64,000 nt of DNA from Carpediemonas membranifera BICM (taxonomy: Eukaryota > Protista > Fornicata). Location of the stretch: assembly GCA_019828565.1 (NCBI GenBank), contig JAHDYR010000012.1, forward strand, positions 62,001 through 126,000, in the 5' to 3' direction. Of this stretch, positions 23,114-36,702 are shown in pieces. Position 1 is the stretch's first letter, and each line of letters opens with the position of its first letter. A model generated the notes under the pieces. The model had not been told where the DNA came from. It made no database searches and worked only from the letters and a program-made list of their open reading frames with translations. The position numbers and the translations under genes are program-made.

Positions 23114-26100
23114 ACGGCGTACCGTCGTAGACGTAGACACAGTGCGCCTTGGGGCGCGGTCCACAAGGGTCCGAGTGGGGTGCCGATCACCCGGACCCAA
23201 ACCCAAAAGATTCGGGGAAAATATTCGGCTGGTGACCTGGGACGTTTAAGCCAATTTAACCAAGGGGGAAAAACCTCCCCTGTTCGGCACATCCCTGGAA
23301 ATGGCTGACGACGAGCCAGACACGGTCAATAAGCTCCTCCAACTCGAGGAGCTCGTCAAGACTCAGGCTGAGACAATTGCAAGCCTTGTTGAGTCTGTTG
23401 AGGACGTTCGGACCAATGCCGAGGACACTCGAAAGCCTTCTAAGATCCCGGCCGTCACAAAGGAATTCTCGCACCTGCGTGCTATTCACGCCGAGATCAA
23501 GACCGTTCTCGCTGACCCCGCAACCACGTGTATTGAGACGATAGCAACCAAAGTGAACATCATTATCGAGCGCCGCCTTGAGTTCCTCCGTGTCCTCGAC
23601 GACGCCGGGGAGGACGCCGCACGCTACTTCCAAGTTACAGCTGCAACCGAGAACAACCCGCGAGAATTCATCAAGCTAGCCGCGAAAGCGAAGAAAGCCG
23701 CTCCGCCCCAGAGCTTCCGCCATCGCCAGCAGATCCGTAAGCCTTTCTCGCGCAACAGGTACTTCCAGCGCTCCTCACAGCGCCACTTCACAGCTTCGAA
23801 CGCCTCGGGCAACCGCAATGCGGCCCCGGGGCAGCAATAAGCGGCCAAGAAGAGGTTATGCCCACCTCGAAGACAATAAAAGGCACTATCTACGTTTACG
23901 AGCACTATGAGACGAGAAGAAGCAAGAAAGCAAGTACAAGAGCAAGAGACATCAACAGACCTGAAGTACGGCTACTACCAGGTGCTCATGGCGGAGGAGG
24001 CCAAGGAGTACCTGGGGATTACCCACGAAGGAACAACATATCGGTGGAGAGCCCTGCCCTTCGGCCTCAACACAGCGCCAGAGGCATTCCAGAGGGTCAC
24101 CGCCCAGGCGGCAAAGATTATTCGAAGAGAGTTTGGCGTGCAGGTGTTCGTATACCTAGACGACCTGCTGTTCGCAGACCACTCACGCGCATCACTCGCG
24201 GAGAAGATGCCAGGCATACTCGCGCTGATGAGAAGACTCGGCATGGTAATCTCGCAGGAGAAGTCTGTTGCTGTGCCAACGCAGGAGCTCGAGTACCTCG
24301 GGGTGGTGATCAACTCAGCAGAGGGATGCATGTACCTGACAGAGAGAAAGGCCACAGACATGATCAGCTTGATAGACAGACTGCAGAAGGAGAGACGGTT
24401 CCTAGTCAAGGACCTCCAGGCCCTCATCGGGAAGCTGCTGTTCGCACGGTTCGCCGTGGGAGCTCGGGCCCTGCCCAGGCTACGCGAGCTTCAATGTGCG
24501 GCGGCCTCACTCGCAGGAAAGTTACGGGGCACGAAGAAGGACATCCCACAGGAAGCGAGGACAGACCTGCGGTGGTGGGCGAGAACACTGAGGAGAGACC
24601 CGCACTGGTGCTTTCTCACGAACGGGAGAGAGATTCGGATCGAGACGGACGCGAGCGACCATGCTTACGGCGGCGCCATCTGGACAGAGTTCGGGACCGA
24701 CTCGTTTCAGGACACGTTCGACCAGACATTCGTGGGCAAGTCAATCAACTGCAAGGAGGCGAAGGCCATGGACATAGCTCTGCGCCGCTGGGAGCGGAGG
24801 ATAGCCGGCAGGGACGTCTTATTAGTCGGCGACAACACGTCAGCACTGGCCTGGATCGGGAAGAGCAGTACGAAAGCACCGGCCCACATGCGACGAGAGG
24901 TGAAGGAGCTCCACGACTTCTTTCACGCGATCGGGGCGAGGGTGCGAACAAAGCACGTCCCGGGTCTGCACAACACCACAGCGGACGACCTCTCGAGATT
25001 CAAGAAGCTCGACTGGGCGATGCCGGCATCACTAGCGGCGAGGGCAGCAGAGCAGTGGGGCACAACCGACAGATCGCTGTTCACCACACGAACTTTCCTG
25101 CCAGAGGACTTGGGCTATGTAGAAGACGCCTTCACGGCGGACTGGACCGAGTGCCGGTCAATCGCAGTCCCACCAGTTGCGCTCTTACCCCGCGTGACCG
25201 CCAGATTGAGAGAGAGATGGCAACAGTCAGAGGTCACCCCAGCACAGCAGCCCAGAGGAGTGGCAGTAATCGCACCGCAGAGAGGCACCAACATGGACCT
25301 GGACCTGAACCGGATGTCCCAGGACAAAATCGAAGTCACGCTGCCGGCACACTGGTGGACCGGCACAGAGATAGAGAACTTGTTCGCCGGGAAGGATCGT
25401 ATCCCTTTCGTGGCTTACTGGGTGCCGGTGAGGTCGACATTGGCACATCTCTGTCCGCCCCATGGGTGATGGCAAGGCACAGGGCCATGCGAGCCGCAGG
25501 TAAGACCCCAGAGAGAGGCCACCTCTCGTGTCAATAGACACGCGAGCCAAGAGTCAAGAGTAGTCAAATAGAGGCCCAGCTTACGAATAACCTCCTCCTC
25601 ATGGACAAGGAAGTATCTACCAGGCAGCGCATCGCCGCAGAGACAGCCAAATTCACGTTTTTCCGATCATCAGTCCGGCATGACCCCGACTGTGACTCTG
25701 ACTGTGACTCTGACTGTGACTTACCTCAGGACGACCCTGCCCCGACGGCCAGGGACACGGCACAGGCGACGCTGGACCGAGCAAGGCAGGAACTCACAGA
25801 CCGCGAGTGGTTGCACGAGTTCGCCGAGCTCCTTGACGCCATTGAGCCGGCAGACACATTGATGTTGTATCTATTTTCCGAAATCCCCTTCGTCGCCAGA
25901 GACACATTCATCACGAAGGAGGCGAACATCAGGATGGGACTTGAGGCACTGGGCGAGAGCGCTGAGACGACAAGGTTGCATCGGGCCCTGACCAGGGCAG
26001 GTGCGAGGCTAGCAGGCCGATGCGAGCTAACGCCCAGACGTAAGACTGGGAAGGCTTGGCCAATCAGGCGTGAGACGCTGGAGGCTGCGGCTAGGTCAGC

Positions 26101-26200
26101 CGGGGCACACGCGACCCCGCCCCTCACTCAGGCAATTGCCTTTGGCCTGGTGACGTTTGCGACAGTGTCGCGAGCAGGCGAGATCCGGGCACTCAAGTCG
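23114..26200 (+). mobile_element. YR retrotransposon abutting the previous element's B2; gag 23301-23840, RT/RH/MT 23907-25469 (RT N-terminus deleted), YR 5' part 25601-26200
   Basis: YLDD, ETDASD, GDNTSAL, DAFTADW..AVPP, TVSRAGEI. Confidence 0.85.
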
Positions 26201-27640
26201 TCATCCTCCTGCCGGACATCACGTCGTCCCCGGTCCTGGCCCTCAAGCGTCTGACGCCCCACCGTCTTTATTTCCGTCTGCCCCCCGGCACCTTCGACGG
26301 AACGGAGCTGGAGAAGACAGCAAGAGAGGATTGCTCCGTCAGACTTATGGCTCTGGCGTTCCGGCTGAGAGATTCGAACGCATCATCACTCATGCCCGCC
26401 TCGGAGGACTGTCCAGCCAGTACAAGAGACACATCGCCGGTACAGTTCCGAACTTCGCGGCAACCGCTTCGTATCATCCGTCCAACGCGCAGGTGTTCAG
26501 GTGGGTCCAACAACAACGAGAGTCGTGTAGTGAGGCGACAATTATGCGCAAGGCCCGCATCATCGCCACGACAGGGCCTGAGCTCCTTGGTCTCCAGTTG
26601 CCCCTACATTTCGAGCGCATTGCCAAGGAGGCCGCCAAGGGCGCCCTCGGTAACCCCATCGGGCAGGCCCCACCGATCCGCCTAGCCTTGTTCCGCAGAG
26701 CTCTGATGGAGGCCACCACTGCGGGTCCAATCTCACGGACATGGGTACAAGCGTTCGCATTCGCGCTTACGGCGTACTCGACAACGTCCAGGCCAGGTGA
26801 GGTGTTCGCCCTGAGGTGCGCCGACGTCAAGCCAGCAGGGTCCAGAGGCATCGTCATCACGATCAGAACGACTAAGACCCACCGCAGGGACGTGCGAAAG
26901 CTGGTGCTGTCCGTGCCGGGACACCCACTAGACCCAGCCTGGTGGCTGGCACTCCACATACAAAACCTGCCAAGCACTGGTCATGAGAGCAGCATCTGGC
27001 GGGCTGCCACCACCGAAGGCCTACTGTCCGGCACAGATATCTCATTTGACCTGCTGGGCGACTACCTAGCCGGCGTATTCCGCAGGATTAAGCTCAGGGC
27101 CCACGGGTTCAGGCGCGGCTCGGCGGCAGACATGGTGCTATCGGGGCTGTCGCCGTACGTCGTCGCGGCGAAGGGCTCATGGGCCGACGTTAATTCTATG
27201 CTCCGCTACATCGATGATACTATGCGACTCGACCTTGCGTCGTCATCGACGTGCTTCACGCCACTCCTCGCGCAGGGGTTGCCAGAGGAGATCAAGTTTG
27301 AGTGACCCAAGGACTGCAGGAGAGCAGCAAAAGGGCCTGGCCATCGAAGTCGGTAGTCTGGGGAGGCTGATGCTTTGACATCAGGTCCTATCGCGTGGAC
27401 CGAGAGAGGTCGCGATAAACAGGGATTCCAGAAGAGTTGTTGGCGTCCGGGATGCCCCAGGGTTATACATTTATAGACATACCCACTATCTGCCCGACAG
27501 ACTGACGGGGCACGCGCCCCCCAGTACGACGTAGGGGTTGTGTGATTTAGTGCGATTGATTAGAGCAAATCGGATCAAGATCAGATCAATTCGCCGCTAG
27601 TTTGCGAGGACACTTCGAACCGCAAATCGAAGTTCCGTAC
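26200..27640 (+). mobile_element. 3' half of a YR element of the 10150-14120 subfamily, with recombinase ORF to 27305
   Basis: Close protein similarity to 12800-13798 (SRPGEV, TKT, HGFRRG, GSW, MLRY, EIKFE); homologous 3' region. Confidence 0.85.
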
Positions 27641-29556
27641 TCAGGTGGGTCGCGTAGGGGCGACGAGCCGACCGTCAAGGTCGGTCAAATGATGGGATCA
27701 ATTCGGCTGGCCACAATTTCGTTTCGCCGCCAAGATGACGGCGACCGCGGAAGAGCTCGAAGCTTTGCTGGAAGCTGAAAGAGAAAAGAATGCTTCCCTT
27801 CTTAGCGAGCTCGAGGCCGCTAAAAGCGCACAAACCGCAGAGAAGGACGACTCGAGCTCCGTCACATCAGTAACCAGCACTAACTATGCCCAGTTGATGG
27901 AGCTGATGACAAGAAAGGGATTCGATCTTCCCCGTAACGTCGGCATGAAGGAGGAAGCCGCCTTCCTGGATGAATTGTACGTCGAGATCTACTTCAAGAA
28001 CATTACGTCGACAGAGGTTTGCCAGAGGATCCTGTGCCGCTACTACACCCTCAAAGCCAAGGAAGCGTGGGAATTCGAGGCCGCTGCCTTTATCTCATCC
28101 TTCATGGAGGACAAGCGCGACACCATCACCGACGAGAAGGCCGCGAAGACCCTCTTCAACAAAGCCGTCGTCGAGCTCCGCGGCACAGGTCGTCGCAAGG
28201 CTCTTCCCCCCGCCTCCGACAAGAAAAGAAAAAACTCGTAGAGCCCCTGTTCCCGTCTGTAAATCGACGGTGGAAGATTTGGGAACGTTTCGGGGCAAGC
28301 AAAGAAATCGTCGACATTTTACGGAACGGTGTACACATCGGGACAACGACAAATCCACCAGCACCGAGCTGCCAGCGGGACCCAGGAGAGATAGCATACC
28401 AACTCTTGGAGGAGTACCAGGCGCTCGGCGCGATCAGGGCAGTGCAAACATCAAAGCTGCGCCACAGTGCCCCAGTATAGCTCGAGTATTCGACACGAAG
28501 AAGAGCAGCGGAGGGCACAGACTGATACACGATCTAAGAGTCTTGAACTCTGTGTCCAGCGAGCTCCGGGTGTTTCGGCTGTTCGGAATCAAGCGTGCCA
28601 TCACCGCGATGTCCAAGAGCACATGGGCAATAGCCTTGGGCCTGAAGCATGGCTACCTCCAGCTTGGGCTGGACGCCCAGTCCTCGTTACTCTGCGGCGT
28701 CGTGACACCGAAGGGGTCGTTCGTGTTCAACAGCCTACCGTTCTGCTGGCAGGGTGCGCCCTATGTGTTCCAGAAAACCATGATTCAGGCCGCTCGGATC
28801 ATAAGCAGGAGGCATCGGGTCGTAGTGCTGGTTTACCTGGACGACCTGCTGATCCTATCGGACCAACGTCACCTGGCCGAGATGGCGCCAGAGATAGTGC
28901 GGACCATGGAGGCACTGGGCTTCGTGCTCAACAAGGACAAGTCCACCCTGACACCAACACAGGTCATCCGCTACCTTGGTATCATCCTGGACGCTCAGAA
29001 CCAATGCGAGTCCACCAATGTTTTCAGCTAAGTGTTCTCACTTACAACAGGGGTGGATGAAGACCAACAGGCCTGTACTAGAATAGATAGAACAGTGCCC
29101 CATCGAGCTCAAAAGGAGCGACTATGGCCCCTGTCCAACGAACCAGAAGGCACCGCCGGTTATGAGTGGGAGCTCCATAGCCACAGGGACTAGAGAACGA
29201 ACAATATGGAGCTTAGATTTACAGGGAAAGAGACGGAGAGCGCAGGGAAGGATGTCGGAGCATCGATGGAATGGAATTTTCGCCAGCTCAGAGGGAAGGA
29301 AGGATCACCGGCGAACAACAGCAGGGGCCCAGATAGAGGCCGCGAACACACTACGAATGGCGTAACAACGGCCAAAATCCAGGGACGGTGTGGCATGAAA
29401 ATGGCGATGCATTTTTAGAACCGCGCCATTTCGCCGCGAGCCCCAAAACAAACGATCAGGGAAAAATGAGAAAACAGGGAGGTCCGTGCGGGGACAGTAC
29501 CTGCGCAGGGCCATGCTGACCGATTTTCGCGTCGATGCATTTGCCAAGCTTTTTTC

Positions 29557-32500
29557 ATGCAGGGAAAAGAGAACAACCAGATGAGAGTGGAGATACCAGA
29601 TAAGATCAGGGAATCCGCTCAAAAAGAGTGGGACACGATTAGAGAGCTACTAACGGACTACTTGATGGAAGAGAAGGGCACCAGAACGCTACTACTGCGT
29701 CGCGCAGAAGATTTTTCAGGGAGATCGTTCGGAGCTAGCTCCAGAGCACGAAAAGAGGTGATACTGAATGCGAGGAGAGTGCTACGTGCCGCAGGGATCA
29801 CCAACAACAGAGACGAGATCCTCCGTAACCCCAACGGAATCCTAGGGCTTCGAGACATCTTCTACGCAATGACAGAGGCCTTAGACCCGAGAGAGGACGA
29901 AGAACGGCGCCTAGCAGAGGCCAAGGAGAACGTCACCATCCAACCAGGGCACAGGGACATGAGCAAGTGGCCTTCCGACCACAAGATCGAAGAGGCCATC
30001 CTCCAACCGAGAGAACAGAGCAACATCGAGTGGGACAGTGAGAGAGACAGCATTGAGGGCAGAGAGACGGGCACATTCACGCTCACATCAGGGTATGGAG
30101 ATGAGAAAGCCGTCGAGGCCATCGCAGGAGAGGAGGTGTGGGACCCCACTAACCAGGGCCTGGTCACCAGGATCGCTATGGAGCAGGACGATGGCACCTA
30201 CAAGGTCCTCATCGACATCAGAGATTGCAGAGCATGGCAGATCACCAGATTCATGGAGGAAGGCAGGGACATCCTCAGGTTGCAGGCCCCGGAGGCGCCG
30301 GCGGTCTGGCAGGCAGCTTGGTGCAAGACAGGAGTCAACACGGAGGGCAGAGGCGCAATAAGGGCACAAGGACAGGAGACGCCGCTCAGCAACAAGCTCG
30401 TCTTCTCTGACGTCAGGGCCAGGGTGATCAATGCCACCAGCCGCCGCCAAAAAGAGGGACAGGGAAGAAGAGTCAGACAACGAGAGCGGCGCACAGACCA
30501 GCCAAGAGGAAGACCCCAAACCCAAGGTCGTGTTGACACAAGCGGAAGGAGTGAGCGTCAGAAGGGGCCTTGGAGCCGAGCTTGATCAGCAGGAAGAAGA
30601 GAGCATACCCCGAGCATCAGAGGGAAGTGCATCAGCAGGGAGCCTACCGGAGGCATTGCAGAGTCAGGGTCAGAAGAAGCTCATCCTCGGTTCTATCGAC
30701 TTCGAGTGTGGAGATCCTGGGAGTGAGAGGGCAGGGATCAGTGCGGTGCCGACAGAGGGGGGCTCGTGCTAGTGGACGTCGAGACGGGGGAGGTCGTTGG
30801 CCATGGCCACGGCCTCTTCTATGAGCCCAACCTGCCGGCCAACAAGGTGGACCAGAGCAGATACGCGACGTGGGCAGTGACGGGGATTCCCCCAGCGACG
30901 TTCGTGGAAGTGGACACAGGGGAGGTGCCGATGGACTATCAGCAGCACTTCAGCAGATTTAGAGAGTGGGCCACGCGGCTCGCAGCCAAGCTGAGAGACA
31001 GAGAGACCAGGGAGAACTGGAAGCTAGTCCTTCATGCCAAGGGCGTCCACATGGAGAAGTTCCTCCCTGACGAACGAGGTCAACGGGCTCAACAGGGACA
31101 CCAGGGACTTCTTTAGAATGAGGCTGGTGGACGATAGCGAGCTGGCCGACGCCATCGAGGAGCTCGCCCCGGATAAGGCAAGAGAGTACAGGGCAAACTA
31201 CGAGATCAAGAACTACAGGGAGATGGCAGATATATGGGCCAGCCAATGGCAGCGCAGGGAGCTCCCGAAGGGGGCCTGTCCGTACCACAGGCACACTGCA
31301 GGGTGCTACCATTGTGCGCTGGCAGATGCAACGTTGTTCGCGGCGAAGGTGTGGGGCATGATGCTGAAGAAGATGAGCACGCCGGATCTGGAGAGTGCGA
31401 TGGGTAACGCTTTCAACAGCATGTATGACACGGTCAGGGACGCAGGGATCAGAGACGACCTCTGCGGAGGCAACGGAGTAGCGTACAGGCGTGAGACCTT
31501 CAACATCTTCGGAGGGCACCCGTACGGCAACAGCAGGGACCTAAGCAGGGAAGAGGGCGACCGCATCCTAGTGGTCCCGGACAACGATCACTGCTATGGG
31601 ATCGGCTTCGGATTCAGCGAGGTCATTAAGGGTATGAAGGGCATTCTATTGGCCCCAACCACGGTCATGGAGAGAGGAGTCACCACGAGAGTCCCCATAT
31701 GGTCGATCCATGAGAACACGACCCACATTCAGAGACTGATGTTGCAGGGAAGAGCTGGCAGGGCAGTTACTAGGGACGAGGACATCGTCACCATCGCGAT
31801 GGTCTACAGCTGGTGGCCCTCAAGGGAGGATACTGCTCATCAGGGTCAGCCGGGAGTCCACGACCTGGCAGAGAGCGTCAGACGCGAGGAGAAAGCCATA
31901 GCGAACGTCAGGGCACCCCCAGGGTATAGCGCAACCATCAGAGCGGCCTTCATCCCGAGAGACTGGGGCTGTATCAGGGTCAGAGAGGCAGGGACGACAC
32001 TGGGACGGATGAAGAAGGTGGGGACCCGTATGGTGTCCACGACCATCCCGCCAGAGGATAACTGCAAGATCACCCAGAGGCCGACGGTTAAGTACATCCC
32101 GTCAAGAGATGGAAAGGAGGAGAGACCCTACACGGTCGATTACTCGGACATGGGCATAGAGGGATCTATCAGACGGCTCACCGAGATGATTGGCACGCCG
32201 GTCGGGCCAGTAGGCCGAGATGACCTCTATACCAACAACCGCCGAGCCGACGGAACCCTCAGAGACGAGAGAGAGCCCAGAAACAACGGCGTCCATCGGT
32301 GCGACAGAGAGCGCAGGGACGTCAGGCCTCATCATGAGGACAGAGAGCGCAGGGACGACGGGCCTCGCCGCGAGGTCAGAGGACGCTGGGAAGACGGGCC
32401 TCACCATGAGGACAGAGAGCGCAGGGACGATCAGGGCAGAGACTCCGGAGAGATCAGACGCCGCTCACCCCCTCATGGGACCGGCAAGAGGAGTGGCAAG

Positions 32501-32935
32501 GACAGGGCGGTGAGCTACACAGGGGCTGGAAAGAGGGGCAAGCTCGACGGCGACGCCCGTTACGAGGCTGGAAGCAGACAGTCGAGTGACAGCGACGCGG
32601 AGAGGGACGAACTCAGGAAGGAACTTGATGAAGCCAAGAAGCTGATTCTCGCACTCAGGGCCAGGGACAGCAGGGAGGAGGAGCAGGCGACGCCAACCCC
32701 AGCACCGGCTGACACCCAGGGAAACCAGGGTACCGGCAAGGAGCACAGGGTAGTCCGCCACAAGAAGAGGACTCGGACAAAGAGGTCTCGCATGCCGAGA
32801 CAGCTAAACCAGATGGAGCTAGTGGCCCAGATCGTGTCAACGGTGATGAAGACCATGCAGCAACAACAGGGGATGGCAACCGAGAACCAGAGCGATGATG
32901 GCAGTGACAGTGGCAACTCAACGGAGACCGATTAA
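29557..32935 (+). CDS. LINE ORF1 (about 1100 aa once three frameshifts are removed) with an internal DEDDh exonuclease-like domain
   Basis: Consecutive overlapping ORFs 29557, 30431, 30766 and 31034; IDFE..PTE..TGIP..CPYH..HCALAD; R/D/E-rich repeats and coiled coil at the C-terminus. Confidence 0.65.
32303..32430 (+). repeat. Coding repeat GACAGAGAGCGCAGGGACG x3 (DRERRD)
   Basis: Three copies near 32303, 32339 and 32411. Confidence 0.7.
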
Positions 32936-33252
32936 GCAGGGTAAAGTGGTATTCTTTGAGAGTGATAGTGACAGTTGTCAGTTCTTTTCTTTTAATCCAA
33001 CCCTGGCTCCCACCCAGGGTCCGGCATTAGCTGAAATGCACTGCCGGTGGGCTGTGGCGGCAGCCAAAGGGGGGTCACGCCAATGCGCCCCCTCCTAAGT
33101 ATCCCTGCCCGAAGGTAAGGATGGTCACCAGGGTAACCCATAGTTGGCCCGCCATGGGTAACCGGAGCCGGCACGAAGGCCCCGTGACGGGACAAGGGCA
33201 GATTGCAGGGAATTTCCGAAAATTCGCAGGATAGGAAAGACGGAGTACAAGA

Positions 33253-36200
33253 ATGGAAACGATCAAGATAGCGAGCCTGAACACTGAGGGACACATCGGG
33301 AAGGGAAAGGACTTCACGGCCTCAATGGCAACGGCTATAAGGATGAAACTGAGCGACACAGATGCAGTATGCATCCAAGAAACGTGGAGGACGGCGAATA
33401 CGAGGGTACACAACTTCATAGACTTCGACTACGCAATGGCAGGGAAGGAAACAGAGGAGGAGCTAGCTATGGACAACGAGAGGAGGAAGAAAGAAGCCCA
33501 AAGCCAGCGCCGAATAGATGCCCAGCTGGGCATAGCAGGGAGCAGTAGCCGGACGCCCAGGACGAGGGGTACTAGAGAAGGAGTGGGCACAATCATCAAC
33601 CCAAGAGCAAGAGGGAGCTGGGACGTAGGCATCACAGATAGCTTATCAGGGAGGATACAGGTGAGCATACTCAGAACCCATAGGGACATCCTGGTGATCA
33701 ACGTGTATGGCCCACCGGTCGGCCACGGAAGGGAGGAGAAGGACGAGTTCAGGGACGGAATAAGGAGCATTATGGAGATGAAAGGAGAGATGGAAACAAT
33801 CATCATAGGGGACTGGAACCTCGACCCCAAAAGGATAGCCACAATGGCAAGATGGAAGGACCTGATCAGGGACTATAAGCTGGGAGCAGTGATCCCCATG
33901 GAAGGTACCCTCACCAAGGGAACTACCACTCCGGACTTCGCGCTGGTATCATCAGGGATCAGAGGAGCAAGGATAGAAGTACTGGATGCTAGTCGACTCG
34001 GAGTCTGGGGGTCAGCCCACAACATGATAAGACTGGAATGGAGGGAACAACGGATCCAACGGACTAAAAAGAGAGAGGAAGTCCTAGACATACCGGGCGT
34101 CAGAGTGTGGAACATGAGGAAGAAGGCTGAACGCACATCAGTCAGAAGACTGCACCGTTTTAAGAGCCTGGATGAGTGGGAGGAGGATATCAGGAAGGAT
34201 ATGGGCGAGCCGTCAGGTCACCCAGGCAGTGGAGACAGGGAAGAGGTCATCAAAGAAAAGGTGTGGTCGGAACTCCGGCACACACCATGGACAGAAGAGG
34301 GAAACAAGACCAGAAGTGAGATCATGAAGCGTGAGCTACAGGCCTTCTGGGGAAAACGCAGGGAAGAGTGGATCCAGGACCTCAGCCGGAGCGCGAAGGA
34401 AGGATACAAAGCATCCAGGTCCATGGTGGAAGCAGCGGTAAGAAGATGGTGGTGTGAAAACCAGTTCAAGGGCATGCCAGAGAGCATACTGAAGGACGGG
34501 AAGATTACCACCAACAAGGAAGAAATAGGTAAGATCCTCCTACAACAGTATGCAGGAGTGAGCAGGGGCAGGGAACCGGAGTGGAAGGATAGAGGCAATG
34601 GAAAGAGGGAGGACGAATTTAAGGAGAGAGAAATACGAGAAGCGATCAGAAGGACAAAGAGGGACACTGCACCGGGACCGGACCACACTACAGGGGACAT
34701 GCTCAGGGACACAGATGACCAGGGGATCGCTCAGATAACTAGGCTCATGAACAGGGTATACAGGGAGGGCAAGATCCCGACAACATGGAAGTATGCTACA
34801 GTCTCGGCCATCCACAAGACAGGGAAGCCCAGAGTGAAGCCGGAGTCGTACAGACCCATCTCGCTAACACCACTACTGTATAGGGTGTATGGTAGGCTCC
34901 TGAAGAGAAGATTAGAAGCAGCCACATGGCACCTCATCCCAAGAGAGCAAGCAGGGTTCCAATCGGATAAGGACGTAATACAACAGATACAATACATCGT
35001 GCAGAGACACCAGGAAGGGGGGGAGACCACGTCGATCTTCCTAGACATAGAGAAAGCCTATGACACCGTCCCGAGGGACATCCTCATGGATAAGCTGCAG
35101 GGAATGGGGGTCGAAGACCACCTCATCAGGGCAATACAGAGTACACTAGAAGAGACATGGATCTCGGTGAAGGGGGCAGGGTCATGGGAGAGAACAAACA
35201 GGGGAGTGAAGCAAGGATGTGTCCTAGCGCCGACCCTGTTCGTTTTGTTCATGGCAAACTGGCCTCACCTGGTCAGGAAGAAGCATCAGGGACAAGAGTA
35301 CGATATCAGGGAACCACCAACGGAGTTACCAAGAGTCCGGGACACGCTGCCGGCCACCCTAACCATGTTCGTGGACGATACAGCGGTCACAGGGGAGACA
35401 CCGGAAAAGAGCAAGATAGTGGCGAACCTAGTCATAGAAGTTATCAAGGAGCACCTCATGAGGGCAAATGCACAAAAGAGTGAGATGATCAGTGTAGACA
35501 GGGCAGCAGTGGCGAGAGTGGGGGGAGTTACCCTAATGGCAAAAGAGGAAGCTAAGTACCTAGGTCTCTGGATAGCCAGCGGAAAAGACCCACTGGCAGC
35601 CTGTATCAGAAAGAAGCGGGAGCAGAGCGAAAGGTACAAGAAGCTAGTGAGAAGAGTGGGATGGACCAGAGGCAACATGCCGGCGCTAGCCAGCAGGCTC
35701 CTCCCTCGAAGTTTACATATGGCCGAGGATAATGTTTGGAGTGGAGGTGTGGGGCTACGCAGCAGGGGGAACAAGATATGGACGGATTGGCAGGGCATCA
35801 TGGCCGGAACAGGCCCAGGTGGGGGCTCGGTCATGCGCATCTTGAACGGATGGATGGACCTGCAAGCCCACCTGGAGATGCTAGCAGTCAAGAGGATCGT
35901 GACAAGCAGGGGCCAGGATATACCAATCAGAGACAGGGTCTGGAAGGAGGGATCGATTATGTGGAAAGCCAGGGACTCAGTGAACGCACTCCTCAGAGGA
36001 ACAAGAGAGGGAGCAACGAATGCAGGGAAGATAGACTTTGGTAGGGAGATGGTAAGAATGAACTGAACCAGGAGGTGCAAGAGCAAGACAGCGGTGGGGC
36101 TCATGGAAGTCCTAGGACCCAAACGTATGGGAAAGTGCATGGCGGGGAAACCGGCCATAAGTAGGAAGACAGGGAAGTGGCAGTCAAGGGCAGAGTGGAA

Positions 36201-36702
36201 AAGGATAGTGTCGGTGGCAGCGAATGTCAGCCCGTCTCCATCATCAGCGGAAAGGGGAGAAGGCCCAGAGCGAGCGCTGGCGGACCTGGCGATGGGTGAG
36301 GAACTCAAACACAAGATACAAAGGAGGTGCCCCCTGTGCACAAAGGAGAGCGAGATAGAGTTACTGTGGCAAATAGCGAGAGAGCAGCCAAACCAAGCCA
36401 GGAAGCAGGCACTAATCAGGGAGTGGGTAAGGGGTCAGCCGCTGGGATCGGCGGCCCACATTATGTGTGAGTGCCCAGAGGTTGAAAGAGGAGATGACTG
36501 GGAAAAGATATGGAAGACAGCTAAGGAGAGGACCAGGGAATTGCAAGTCAGAAGAGGCCCGAATGGGAGGTGGTATGAGAAGAGGCCAATCTTAGAGGTG
36601 CAACAACTAGTGTTAACAGGGTCGGAAGAGATATGGGAAGGACTGCGAGCTGGGCTGAGAGCCCTGGCAAAGGTCTATGATAGCTATAGAATAGATGGAT
36701 AG
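33253..36702 (+). CDS. LINE ORF2: APE endonuclease, RT and C-terminal zinc knuckle (one in-frame TGA at 36064)
   Basis: SLNTEG, IQETW, NVYGP, GDWN, SAH; APGPD, YRPISL, LDIEKAYD, GVKQG, FVDD, YLG; CPLC..HIMCECP in the same frame after the stop. Confidence 0.9.

Noticed and set aside
6084-27305. Prophage integrases, or a bacterial retron/DGR-type RT system
   Set aside because: The RT, RNase H, YR and split direct repeat layout is that of eukaryotic DIRS-order retrotransposons; there are no phage genes, and the CCA-less tRNA and spliceosomal introns point to a eukaryote
32990-33250. HDV-like or hammerhead ribozyme in the LINE inter-ORF region or 5' UTR
   Set aside because: Hairpins are present but I could not assemble a catalytic core by eye; needs an Infernal or RNArobo search
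36064-36066. Programmed readthrough or a reassigned TGA codon (also at 9249 and 15664)
   Set aside because: Isolated TGG/CGA to TGA changes explain these, and many ORFs here end normally in TGA
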